Assembly (NCBI GenBank): GCA_965248255.1
Contig: CBDFIW010000003.1
Span: 993,239 to 1,057,238 of the forward strand
Length of the DNA stretch: 64,000 nucleotides
Direction of reading: 5' to 3'
Source: Bryobacterales bacterium
GTDB taxonomy: Bacteria; Acidobacteriota; Terriglobia; Bryobacterales; UBA6623
The translations under genes and the position numbers were made by a program. Every line of letters starts with the position of its first letter. Positions within the stretch are counted from its first letter, which is position 1. Of this stretch, positions 9,322 through 18,020 are shown in pieces. Under the pieces are notes generated by a model, which saw nothing but the letters and a program-made list of their open reading frames with translations, was not told the DNA's origin and did no database searches.

Positions 9322-9662
9322 AGAGCAGAAGCAACCCACTAGACTCGCTAGCAGCCCGTGGCGGACGTGCACGTTTTCAGGCGGATTAAACCGCAGGGGA
9401 AAAAGGCCTCGGCGCACCCACCCGGCTCCAAAGCAGTTGAAAGTGTCGCAATTTTTAGGCGAAAGACGACAGCTGGGGGTCGGAGCAGCTGATGTGGCCC
9501 CTGGCATGGTTCTTTGGGTAGATCGGCCGAAAAAACAAGGCCCAGAGAAGACGCTGGAGGCGCTCTCGGAGGAAAGTCGGGGACTTGTTGCCCGCCCAGG
9601 CAGGCGGCCCATCTCGCCACCGTTCTGGCCTAGCCGCGAAGCGGCGACCGGATGCCACCCGG

Positions 9663-9823
9663 ATCGTAGGGGTGGACCGCTGCGTCCACCCATCAGCCCG
9701 CCCTCGGCACGCTGCCCGGTCCCACCGCAACTCGCCCGCGGACCGAATCGTAGGGGTGGACCGCTGCGTCCACCCATCAGCCCACCCTCGGCACGCTGCC
9801 CGCCCCCACCGCAACTCGCCCGC
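9663..9823. repeat. two tandem copies of an 84-bp unit, each with a GGGTGGAC-CGCTGC-GTCCACCC palindrome
   Basis: Unit 1 starts at 9663 and unit 2 at 9747 (ATCGTAGGGGTGGACCGCTGCGTCCACCCATCAGCCC...CACCGCAACTCGCCCGC). The units differ at a few positions. Confidence 0.85.
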
Positions 9824-10193
9824 AGACGTGTCGCGCGCCCTCGGCGTACCGAGCCCCGCTCGGCTCTTGTCCCGCCCGGACCCCCTTGTGCCCCAACTCG
9901 GCGTAACACCGTCGGACCGCCACTCGGAGCCGCAGGCGTGAGCCTGCGTTGACCAACCGCCAACGACGCGCCAAACCCACTTGCAGCGCCACCGCCCGGC
10001 CCGCCACTTCAGAGGCACGGACGGAAGTCCGCGCTGGCTGCGCGCCTTCCACTCAACCACCCATTTCAGTCACAGAACTTTAAAAACACGATCTCCCGCA
10101 TTTACAACAACTTGCCCAACCAGGCCCCCTGTCACCCCAATCCCCAACGGTATCCTGAAAGTGAAGTACGCCGGTCCATTGGCCGGCGCTACG

Positions 10194-10225
10194 GCCGCGC
10201 GGTCCAACCGTGCGGCTTTTTATTT
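10194..10225 (+). terminator. intrinsic-terminator-like hairpin plus T-tract, 17 nt upstream of the next start codon
   Basis: GCCGCGCGG-TCCAA-CCGTGCGGC forms a 9-bp stem with one G.U pair, followed by TTTTTATTT. A second hairpin, CGCCGGTCC-ATT-GGCCGGCG, lies at about 10170-10189. Confidence 0.55.
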
Positions 10226-10241
10226 ACCGGAGGAAAAAACT

Positions 10242-11177
10242 ATGGCCACTGAGGCCCAACGGAAGGCGAACCGTCAAAACGCAAAGAAATCAACCGGCCC
10301 CCGCACCGCCGAGGGCAAAGCTCACAGTTCCAAAAACGCACTCAAGCACGGCCTCCTTGCACAAGACGCCGTCATGGCCGGCGAGGACCCGGCCGAGTTC
10401 GACCGTTGCTTCCAGCAACTCGAAGAGAACATCTTCCCCAAGAACGCCATCGAATTCGCGCTCGTGCGCCAGATCGCCGACGCCGAATGGCGCCTGCGCC
10501 GCATCGCGCGCCTCGAAGCCGGCCTCCTCACCCAGCACTGCACCAGCACCAGCCGTTTCACCCAGGAGCACTACCCCCAGACAGTCCTGCCCGGCCGCGA
10601 CGGCGAGAACCAACTCCTGGGCAAGAGCATGCAGGACCACACCCAATCCCTCGCCAACCTGGCCCGCTACACCACCCTGATGAGCCGCAACTTGATGCGG
10701 GCGTTGAACATGATCCGGCAGTTGCGCGCCGACGAAGCCCGCTACCGCGAGAACATCGATCCCAAGACCGGGGCCATCCACCGTCCGACCCTGACCGACC
10801 CGGACCCCTACAACACGCCCGACCCGCTGGAACCGCAACCGACGCGGTACGAGCCGCCCGCGGCGGCAGCGCAAACGTCAGGCCCCATCGGCTTCCGCGC
10901 GAACGAGCCCAGTGCTCAAGCCCGTAGCGCGGATCTCGGTTTTGCGATCCGCGGCCTTTCCTCCCAGCCCACGCCCAGCGGCCGGCCGAATCACGAATCA
11001 CGATTCACGAATCACCAAACACGCATCACCAATCACCCATCACGAAAGCAGGCCCGAAAAAACAAACGAACCCAAAGCCCCCTGAAATCAAAGGGTTTGA
11101 GCGTCGCCAAATCACGAAACACGAATCACGAAACACGCCCGCCGCCCAAGCCCCGAGCCGCGGCGCAGCGGAGGTGA
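10242..11177 (+). CDS. conserved hypothetical protein (N-terminal NRQNAKKSTGPRTAEGK...SKNALKHGL motif), low-complexity C-terminus
   Basis: The ATG at 10242 is preceded by GGAGGAAAAAAC. I recall the N-terminal motif as recurrent in hypothetical proteins of Planctomycetes and Acidobacteria. The part of ORF 9981.. upstream of this ATG looks non-coding. Confidence 0.55.
   Translation: MATEAQRKANRQNAKKSTGPRTAEGKAHSSKNALKHGLLAQDAVMAGEDPAEFDRCFQQLEENIFPKNAIEFALVRQIADAEWRLRRIARLEAGLLTQHCTSTSRFTQEHYPQTVLPGRDGENQLLGKSMQDHTQSLANLARYTTLMSRNLMRALNMIRQLRADEARYRENIDPKTGAIHRPTLTDPDPYNTPDPLEPQPTRYEPPAAAAQTSGPIGFRANEPSAQARSADLGFAIRGLSSQPTPSGRPNHESRFTNHQTRITNHPSRKQARKNKRTQSPLKSKGLSVAKSRNTNHETRPPPKPRAAAQRR
10989..11137. 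repeat. two arrays of degenerate heptamers (A/C)A(T/A)CAC(G/C): 8 units at 10989-11044 and 4 units at 11110-11137
   Basis: The arrays read AATCACG AATCACG ATTCACG AATCACC AAACACG CATCACC AATCACC CATCACG, then AATCACG AAACACG AATCACG AAACACG. They lie inside the 3' end of ORF 10242..11177. Confidence 0.8.
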
Positions 11178-11344
11178 TGGGGAGGTAACGGCCACCAACA
11201 ACCCAAAAACAACGTCGAGGCGAAGGTCAACATGAGACGCTACACCCCCAGTACGCCCAACAGTCAGCGCGCCCGCGGTCGAGGTAGCGCGGACGCCCAC
11301 GTCTGCCGCATCGACACTGATGCTCGGGCCAACTATGGCCGGCG

Positions 11345-11414
11345 TGTGGCGTAAGCCTCCAGGCTTGGCCCGTGGGAGATTCACTGACCGATTCCTCGGT
11401 TCTCAGGCCCTCGA
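11345..11414. repeat. partial copy of the palindromic intergenic element seen complete at 28332-28466
   Basis: TGTGGCGTAAGCCTCCAGGCTTGGCC...CGATTCCTCGGTTCTCAGGCCCTCGA aligns with 28332-28388. Confidence 0.6.
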
Positions 11415-12964
11415 TCCACCACCGCTGCCCGGTCCCCAGCACACCAGCCCCAGCCCCAGCAAAACCGTATGGGATAATCTCGGAAAAGGAACGGCATCGA
11501 CTCCCAAGCACAATCGTGACGCGTCGCCAGCCAACACCCAGCCCGCTGACCCGCCGGGAACTCCTCTTTCGCTCAGCTAACGGCTTCGGCGGCCTAGCCT
11601 TGGCGGCACTGTTGGCTGACAAGCAGGCATCGGCGGCCGCGGCAGACCGCGGCGTCAACCCGATGGCGCCACTGGCGCCGCACCACGAGCCTAGAGCCAA
11701 GTCGGTCATCTTCTTGTTCATGGACGGCGGCCCGTCGCAGGTTGACTCGTTCGATCCCAAGCCGCGGCTCGCAAAAGAGAATGGGCAGCCCATCCCGATG
11801 GAGACGCCCACCACGGTGTTCAACATCTCGAACCAAGTGTTCGCGTCTCCGTTCGAGTTCGGCCGGCACGGTGAGTCGGGTGCTTGGGTGAGCGAGCTGT
11901 TCCCGAACGTGGCGACGTGTGTAGATGACATGGCGATCATCCGCTCGATGGTTGCCGACCACTCCGAGCACACCGCCGCGAACTACTTCATGCACACGGG
12001 GTCGGGCTTTCAAGGACGTCCGTCGATGGGCGCCTGGGTGACGTACGGCCTCGGCAGCCACTGCGACAACTTGCCGGGTTTCGTGGTGCTCGATAGCGGA
12101 TTGATTCCGCCGGGCGGGTTGGATGTGCTGGGCAGCGGATTCCTACCGGCGGCCTACCAAGGGATGCTATTCCGCCGCGGCAAGCACCCCATCGCCGACA
12201 TCCGGTCGCGCGAGCAACGGCCCGACCTGCAGCAGGGCAAGATGGGTCTGTTGCGGCGTCTCAATCAAGGCGTGCTCGACCGTTTCGGACGGCTGACCGA
12301 GTTGGAGGCGACCATCTCGAACTATGAGTTGGCGTATCGCATGCAGTCCGCCGTGCCCGACCTGCTCGACCTCAGCAGCGAGAGCGAGGTGACCAAGAAG
12401 CTCTACGGCCTGGACGATCCGGAGACCGAGGAGTTCGGCCGGCAGTGCCTGCTGGCGCGGCGCATGGTCGAGCGTGGCGTGCGATTTCTGGAACTGTTGA
12501 CGCCCCAACGCCAAGGGCAAGATCGCTGGGACCAGCACACCCGACTCAACGAGGGTCACCGTATCAACTCCAAAGCCACCGACAAGCCGATTGCGGGCTT
12601 GCTAAAGGATTTGAAAGCTCGCGGGATGCTCGACGAGACGCTGGTCGTGTGGGGAGGCGAGTTCGGCCGGACGCCGACGGCGCAGATGCGCGGCGCCTCA
12701 CCCGCCGAGTGGGGCCGCGACCACAATCCGTTTGGGTTCACAATGTGGATGGCCGGCGGCGGCTCGAAGGGCGGTACGGTCTACGGCGCGACGGACGACT
12801 ATGGCTACTTCGCCGTCGAGAACAAAGTCCACGTGCATGACCTGCACGCCACGATCCTTCACCTGTTGGGCCTCGACCACAAGCAACTCACCTTCCGTTT
12901 CAGCGGACGGGATATGCGCCTCACCGACGTCGCGGGTGAAGTCGTCCACGACGTCCTGGCTTGA
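11372..12964 (+). CDS. DUF1501 domain-containing (sulfatase-like) protein with Tat signal
   Basis: Tat signal TRRELLFRSANGFGGLALAALLA, followed by AKSVIFLFMDGGPSQVDSFDPKP and a C-terminal GRDHNP..GGG.KGG. The more likely start is the in-frame GTG at 11516. Confidence 0.85.
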   Translation: MGDSLTDSSVLRPSIHHRCPVPSTPAPAPAKPYGIISEKERHRLPSTIVTRRQPTPSPLTRRELLFRSANGFGGLALAALLADKQASAAAADRGVNPMAPLAPHHEPRAKSVIFLFMDGGPSQVDSFDPKPRLAKENGQPIPMETPTTVFNISNQVFASPFEFGRHGESGAWVSELFPNVATCVDDMAIIRSMVADHSEHTAANYFMHTGSGFQGRPSMGAWVTYGLGSHCDNLPGFVVLDSGLIPPGGLDVLGSGFLPAAYQGMLFRRGKHPIADIRSREQRPDLQQGKMGLLRRLNQGVLDRFGRLTELEATISNYELAYRMQSAVPDLLDLSSESEVTKKLYGLDDPETEEFGRQCLLARRMVERGVRFLELLTPQRQGQDRWDQHTRLNEGHRINSKATDKPIAGLLKDLKARGMLDETLVVWGGEFGRTPTAQMRGASPAEWGRDHNPFGFTMWMAGGGSKGGTVYGATDDYGYFAVENKVHVHDLHATILHLLGLDHKQLTFRFSGRDMRLTDVAGEVVHDVLA

Positions 12965-13087
12965 AGCGGGTAGCGCGTGAAGGTGTCGGTGACACGAGCC
13001 GGTCCGAACTAGAGCGCGCCCAAGCAACGGCGCGGAGGAGGAGGCACGGCAACCTTCGCACGGCAGTGCCCGGTCCCTGCCCTTCGA

Positions 13088-14737
13088 CTACAGAGGCACC
13101 GATACCCGCAGATTCGATCCCTGACCCGGGTGGGATTCGAGACTGAGATCGCCGCCGAGCGTGCGGACACGCTGCTTGATACTCTGCGGGCCCATTCGCA
13201 TCAGGTCGAGCTCTTCCAGGCTGTAGCGACCGCCGCAGCGGAAGCCCCGGCCGTTGTCGTGAACCGTGACGTATAGTTGGCCGTTCTTTTGCTCCACTGA
13301 AAACAGCACATGCGTCGCGTGCGCGTGTTTGTGAATATTACTGAGCGCTTCGCGAATCACTTGCAGTAATTCGGTCGTCAGCTTGCCGCCCGGCGTTACG
13401 TCGGCTTCCTGCCCGTTCACGAAGGTGACGGCGACGCCGCTCTCCTTCTGAAAACCGTCAACAAGGCGCCGCGCTGACAGCATCAGCGACGAGCTGTCGG
13501 TCTCGACGTGCCTCATACGGTGAACGAACGTCCGCATTTCCGCGACCAGCTTGCGCGAGAACTGCTGCAGCGACTCGAGTTCGGTTTCCGCCACCTCGGG
13601 GTCGCGGTGGATCATACGGCGGATGATTTCGAGCCGCATCTCAAAGCTAATCATGCTCTGCAGCGCACCATCATGCAGGTCATGCGCGATGCGTTCGCTT
13701 TCGTACTCGCAGGCGGCCACCTCGGTCCGCTTCAGAGCCAGTAGGTGGCGAGCGACGGCGCTGAAGGACCGGCTCGCTTCCCGCAGCGCCTTACAGTCGG
13801 AGCGGCGTACGTTCGAAACACTGTTGTAGAGCAGCAGCCGACCCATCGGTTTCTTGCCATCGAAGAGACCACAACTCATGCAGTTGTAGATCTCGAACTT
13901 CTGAATCACGAAAGGGTGAAGATCCAGTTCGCGCGTTCCTCGGGCAGCGCCTTCGTCTTCGGAGAGTTGATTGGAATAGAAGTTAAGACGCCCAGGGCGC
14001 AGCCGGTCCCACTCAGGGTCGGCATCGAAGCGGGAGGACGGCTCGCCGTTCGACTGCCGGGGGTGGTGAACGATGGCGCTGTATCCGAGATCTTCGTCCC
14101 ACACGGCTAGGATCGCACCGGAACAGTGGAGCCAAGTCGCTAGCCGCTCCAGTGTGGACTCCACCGCCGACACGACGTCCGATTCGCCTCTGCTGGTCGC
14201 CGGGCTCAACAGAGCCGAGATTTCGCGCTCTTTTTGAAAGCTGCGATGGGACGTGTAGTAGGCCAGCGAACTCCCGACAAGCAGAAGAAGAAGAAGAAGG
14301 AATCCGTGGGGGAAAGGAGAGGCCACGAAATCACTTCGTGCGAGCCAGACGCCGTAGACCACGAGTCCAAGCACCGAGATGGCGATCACTTCGCGGGCGC
14401 TGTGAAGCAGAGTCGCCTCGGTCAGCAGGAAGTAGAACATCAACAGGGTCAAAACGGTCTTGCCGGAGTCACCCCACAGCACCAGCACCGAGATGGCCAC
14501 CAGGTCAGCCAAGAGAATGCGAACGGCATGATTGCGAATCAGCGAGCGGCCGCGTGGGCCCACGAGAATCGCCGTGTAGACGGCGAACAGAAGAGCCAGC
14601 GTCCACTTGCCGGCCTCGGCGTCGCGAGGGCTGCCGGCCACTTCGGCCACGATATAGGCCGCCGCCAGGAACAGACGCACGAAACCCAAGTGCCGCACGC
14701 GGCGATCACGAAAAGCGAGTTCTTCGCTAAACGGCAT
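13088..14737 (-). CDS. orphan sensor histidine kinase (multi-TM N-terminus, HisKA_3 + HATPase_c)
   Basis: H-box ERIAHDLHDGALQSM, HATPase motifs (EALSNIHKHA, DNGRGF, GGDLSLES) and several hydrophobic N-terminal segments. The ORF could start at 14845; I prefer the ATG at 14737 (MPFSEELAF). Confidence 0.75.
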   Translation of the reverse strand: MPFSEELAFRDRRVRHLGFVRLFLAAAYIVAEVAGSPRDAEAGKWTLALLFAVYTAILVGPRGRSLIRNHAVRILLADLVAISVLVLWGDSGKTVLTLLMFYFLLTEATLLHSAREVIAISVLGLVVYGVWLARSDFVASPFPHGFLLLLLLLVGSSLAYYTSHRSFQKEREISALLSPATSRGESDVVSAVESTLERLATWLHCSGAILAVWDEDLGYSAIVHHPRQSNGEPSSRFDADPEWDRLRPGRLNFYSNQLSEDEGAARGTRELDLHPFVIQKFEIYNCMSCGLFDGKKPMGRLLLYNSVSNVRRSDCKALREASRSFSAVARHLLALKRTEVAACEYESERIAHDLHDGALQSMISFEMRLEIIRRMIHRDPEVAETELESLQQFSRKLVAEMRTFVHRMRHVETDSSSLMLSARRLVDGFQKESGVAVTFVNGQEADVTPGGKLTTELLQVIREALSNIHKHAHATHVLFSVEQKNGQLYVTVHDNGRGFRCGGRYSLEELDLMRMGPQSIKQRVRTLGGDLSLESHPGQGSNLRVSVPL

Positions 14738-14936
14738 TCGTGAGTCTCGAGACGAAGAAGCGAAAAGGTGTTTCCTATCGCGTATTCTAACCCACCGCTG
14801 AGCCGAATCCTCTGGGATAAGAGCTGGAGGCTTGCGGCTCACCACTCTTTAAGGGCCCGGCACCACAACTGCTGAAGCAGCTGCTGCCTGACTGGCGGGC
14901 CGAACAGAGAACATCAAAGGGCGTACGGAGGGAAGG

Positions 14937-16199
14937 TCAGCCCAAGAACGGGCCGGTCACTTCGAAGGTGATCCCGTCTTCGGACTGGCCCGTTTCGCCC
15001 CGTTGCGAGCTGAAGTAGAGGCGGGCTCCGGACGGATCAAACACGGGACCGGTGATCTCGGAGCCGTCGTGGCCGACCAGGTGAACCACGGGTACCGGGC
15101 CGTGGCCGCGTGCAATGGTGCAGATCTGGTTGTCGCCACCGTCTTCGGCGACGAGGACGTCTCCGGCCGCGCTGACGGTGACGTTGTCTACGCCCGTCAG
15201 GCAGGCGTCCTCGAAGTGATTGTCATCGTAGACAATCTCGATGGTACTCGTCTCGACGTCGTAGGCCCAAACCCTCCCGTCCTGTGTGGTCGTGAAGAAG
15301 ACCATGCCATTGTGAAACCACATGCCTTCCCCACCCTTGAAGAGGGTCGCCTTCGGGGCCTGCAGCCGAGTGGGTCGACGGGATCCGCCGGGGTCCGGAA
15401 TGCGGTGCCAGACCACACGGCCTTCCTCCCCGCCGAGGACTTGGGCAGCTTCGAGACGTCCCGAGGAGAGATCGGGCGCGCCTTGGTCGTTGAGTGCGTC
15501 GGGCCCAAAACGGTAGAGGAGCCCGTCTCCGCGGTCCTCGGTCAGGTAGATATGATTGCGAACGGGATCGACAACCGCCGCTTCGTGCTTGAACACACCC
15601 AGGGCAGGCCAGACGATCGCACTGCGCTCCCCAAACGGGTCGCATTCCCAAACGCGGCCCTCATCAAACTCCTCGCAGGAGAGCCAAGTGCCCCAGGGCG
15701 TCGAGCCCCCGGCGCAGTTGGCGCTGGTGTTTTCGAGAATGGGGTAGGCGTTGACAACTTGTCCGTCGGCGTCGAAGCGAAGGGCTCCCGCGCCGCCCCC
15801 GCCTCCACCCACTTCGGCGTTAGAGACGTAGACCCAGCCGCCGTCCTTCCCAGTGAAGACCGCAGCTCCATCGGGAGCGGCGTGCCAAGGATAGCCACAG
15901 CCCGGGACCGGCTCTTGGCTGGAGCGCGCGATGACCCGCGACGTGAACCCCTGGGCAAGTCGTAGGCCGTTGGCGTCCGGCTCCTGGAGTCGACCGAGCT
16001 TGGCCAGGTTGGTCCCGAGACGATCGACGTGCCGTCCACTCGGTTTCTCCGCTGTGGGGGCTGTGGACTCCCGGCAACTCGAGAGCAGCGAGCCGGTGAA
16101 GAGTACACCCATGCCGGCCAGTCCATGGCGCAGGACTTCGCGCCTCCCGCGACGCGTGAGAGGCGGCGAGTGCTCTGTTGAGTTGGGGCTCCGGCGCAT
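14937..16199 (-). CDS. PhoX/DUF839-like secreted phosphatase-family protein with Tat signal
   Basis: Tat signal TRRGRREVLRHGLAGMGVLFTG and the motif STPWGTWLSCEEF typical of PhoX/DUF839 beta-propellers. Confidence 0.7.
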   Translation of the reverse strand: MRRSPNSTEHSPPLTRRGRREVLRHGLAGMGVLFTGSLLSSCRESTAPTAEKPSGRHVDRLGTNLAKLGRLQEPDANGLRLAQGFTSRVIARSSQEPVPGCGYPWHAAPDGAAVFTGKDGGWVYVSNAEVGGGGGGAGALRFDADGQVVNAYPILENTSANCAGGSTPWGTWLSCEEFDEGRVWECDPFGERSAIVWPALGVFKHEAAVVDPVRNHIYLTEDRGDGLLYRFGPDALNDQGAPDLSSGRLEAAQVLGGEEGRVVWHRIPDPGGSRRPTRLQAPKATLFKGGEGMWFHNGMVFFTTTQDGRVWAYDVETSTIEIVYDDNHFEDACLTGVDNVTVSAAGDVLVAEDGGDNQICTIARGHGPVPVVHLVGHDGSEITGPVFDPSGARLYFSSQRGETGQSEDGITFEVTGPFLG

Positions 16200-16479
16200 G
16201 CTGGCTGCGGCGACACCGAGGAGCTGGAGTTCTGAACTTCCCCGGTGTAGGGTGATTATAACGGATGATAATGACAGTACGCATCAGGTAGTCCTTCAGC
16301 CTGAGGTGCGCGGCACGGTAGGAGCAGCTCGTCAGCGCCCGTCGATGATTCGCCGGCGTACTGTCGCAATGAGAGCTAGAACAAAGAGCCACGGCAGGAC
16401 CGCGATCAGAACGAGGCGTGTGACGACGTCCTTGAGCGATGTGAGGGTGAACTCGCGGTACGTCATGGTCATTGCCCCC

Positions 16480-16755
16480 TTAGCCTGAAGGCGTGTGGGC
16501 CGGCGGCAGCCGGGCCGAGGACAGCTTTGCCACGATGGTCGCCACGATTCGTTGAATTCCCAGCTTGGCGTCGGCGGCAGTGAACCGGCCGCTGGCGAGG
16601 ACGACGCCGGTTCGGCGGTCGGTTAGCTGGTAGGTGAAGTCGAAGGTGAAGACTGGCCGCCCGACTCGTAGCATCAGATCCGCACGGGACGGCCGATCCA
16701 CGAAGACGATGCCTAGTTCCTGAAAGCCTTTGTTCTCGCCAAAGCCCTCTTGCAC
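16480..16755 (-). CDS. hypothetical protein or C-terminal domain; the frame is open upstream to 16918 without a canonical start
   Basis: The ORF reads ...FVDRPSRADLMLRVGRPVFTFDFTYQLTDRRTGVVLASGRF... The same frame continues upstream (…DPAILLREARSLYVHSGTTRFRVEAV) with no ATG, GTG or TTG. Confidence 0.35.
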   Translation of the reverse strand: MQEGFGENKGFQELGIVFVDRPSRADLMLRVGRPVFTFDFTYQLTDRRTGVVLASGRFTAADAKLGIQRIVATIVAKLSSARLPPAHTPSG

Positions 16756-17012
16756 GGCCTCGACTCGAAAGCGAGTGGTTCCGGAGTGGACGTACAGGGA
16801 ACGGGCCTCCCGCAGCAGGATCGCCGGGTCCCGCGAACCGCCAGCCGACGGCCGGACACGGCCTAGACGGGAGATGCGCTGAGATCGGGCGGCTTGTGAT
16901 CCGAAAAGGTGCCTGTTTCAATGCATAGGTAGTGGCGAAGAGGAATCCTCCCGGGGGCAAAATGCTGAGAACGACCAGCCGGTCGGCTCAGAGCCAATCC
17001 CAGGAGGATTCC

Positions 17013-18020
17013 ATGCATGAACTCTACTACATCGGACTCGATGTCCATAAGAAAAGCATCAGCTTCTGCATCAAAACGCAAGACGGAACCATCGTCGCCC
17101 GCGGTCAGGTCGCGGCCACCCGCGCAGCCCTCGAGCGCCCCTGGGTGGGCGCGCTCGAAGCCACGCTGTTCACGGGTTGGATTCACGATCACCTCCAGCC
17201 CTTCGCGCGCGAGTTGCAAGTCGCGCACCCGGCCATGCTCAAGGCCATCGCTTGTGGCAAGAAGAAGAACGACCGTCTCGACGCCACCAAGATCAGTGAC
17301 CTGTTGCGTTGCGACCTGCTGCCACGCTGCTACTTGGCGCCGCCCGCCCTGCGCGAGTTGCGGCGTGTACTGCGCTATCGCAATCTGCTGCTGGGCGAAG
17401 CCGTCCGCATGAAGAACAAGATCAGCGGGCTGCTGATGGAGGTCGGCGAACCCTACGATGCCCGGCGGCTGCACGGCCGGCGTTATTTCTATTCGTATCT
17501 CGACAGCTTGCGTGACACGCCCGAGTCGGTCATCGAACTGCTCGCCATCACCCGCGGCAGCCTGGAAATGTTCGATCGTTTGCAAGACGAGTTACTGCGC
17601 GGCTTGCGGCGCCATCCGCTGCTGCGGGAACGCGTCGAGCGCTTGCAGTCGATTCGCGGCGTGGGGGAGGTGACGGCGCTGAGTTGGGCGCTGGAGACCG
17701 TTGAGCCCGAGCGCTTCGGTTCGGTGGGCCGGCTGGTGAGTTACTGCGGGCTATGTGCGGCGCAGCGCGAGTCGGGGGGCAAAACGCAGCGCGGACCGCT
17801 GTCGAAGCAACGCAACAAGCATTTGCAGCGGGTGCTGATCGAGGCGGCGAAACTCGCGCCGCGCTGGAACCCGCAGCTGCACGACGTCCATGAGCGGGAG
17901 TTGCAGCGCGGCCCGCGCAATCGCGCGACGTTGGCCGTGGCGCGCAAGTTGGTGGCATATCTGCGGGCTGTGGACACCAGCGGCCGAGCGTTCGTGCCGC
18001 GGGTGGCGGCCGCGGCGTAA
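17013..18020 (+). CDS. IS110-family transposase/recombinase (DEDD_Tnp_IS110 + Transposase_20)
   Basis: MHELYYIGLDVHKKSISFC..., ...IRGVGEVTALSWALE..., ...YCGLCAAQRESGGKTQRGPLSKQRNKHLQRVL.. The listed ORF start at 16932 is probably too early. Confidence 0.9.
   Translation: MHELYYIGLDVHKKSISFCIKTQDGTIVARGQVAATRAALERPWVGALEATLFTGWIHDHLQPFARELQVAHPAMLKAIACGKKKNDRLDATKISDLLRCDLLPRCYLAPPALRELRRVLRYRNLLLGEAVRMKNKISGLLMEVGEPYDARRLHGRRYFYSYLDSLRDTPESVIELLAITRGSLEMFDRLQDELLRGLRRHPLLRERVERLQSIRGVGEVTALSWALETVEPERFGSVGRLVSYCGLCAAQRESGGKTQRGPLSKQRNKHLQRVLIEAAKLAPRWNPQLHDVHERELQRGPRNRATLAVARKLVAYLRAVDTSGRAFVPRVAAAA

Noticed and set aside
9389-9425. GTTTTCAGGCGGATTAAACCGCAGGGGAAAAAG, which superficially resembles a CRISPR repeat.
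   Set aside because: It occurs only once in the window, with no periodic repetition.
9663-9823. Possible CRISPR array.
   Set aside because: There are only two directly abutting 84-bp units with no unique spacers. The unit length and structure are wrong for CRISPR, and there are no cas genes in the window.
9136-9963. Long ORFs on both strands (9136..9963 minus, 9257..9952 plus, 9455..10060 minus).
   Set aside because: Their proline/arginine/glycine-rich translations simply mirror the 84-bp tandem repeat and surrounding GC-rich DNA. I treat the region as non-coding.
16916-16918. TGA at the reconstructed IS110 empty site as a selenocysteine or programmed read-through codon.
   Set aside because: I see no SECIS-like hairpin downstream. 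The IS boundary is uncertain by 1-3 nt, and the upstream gene already carries two other disabling lesions.
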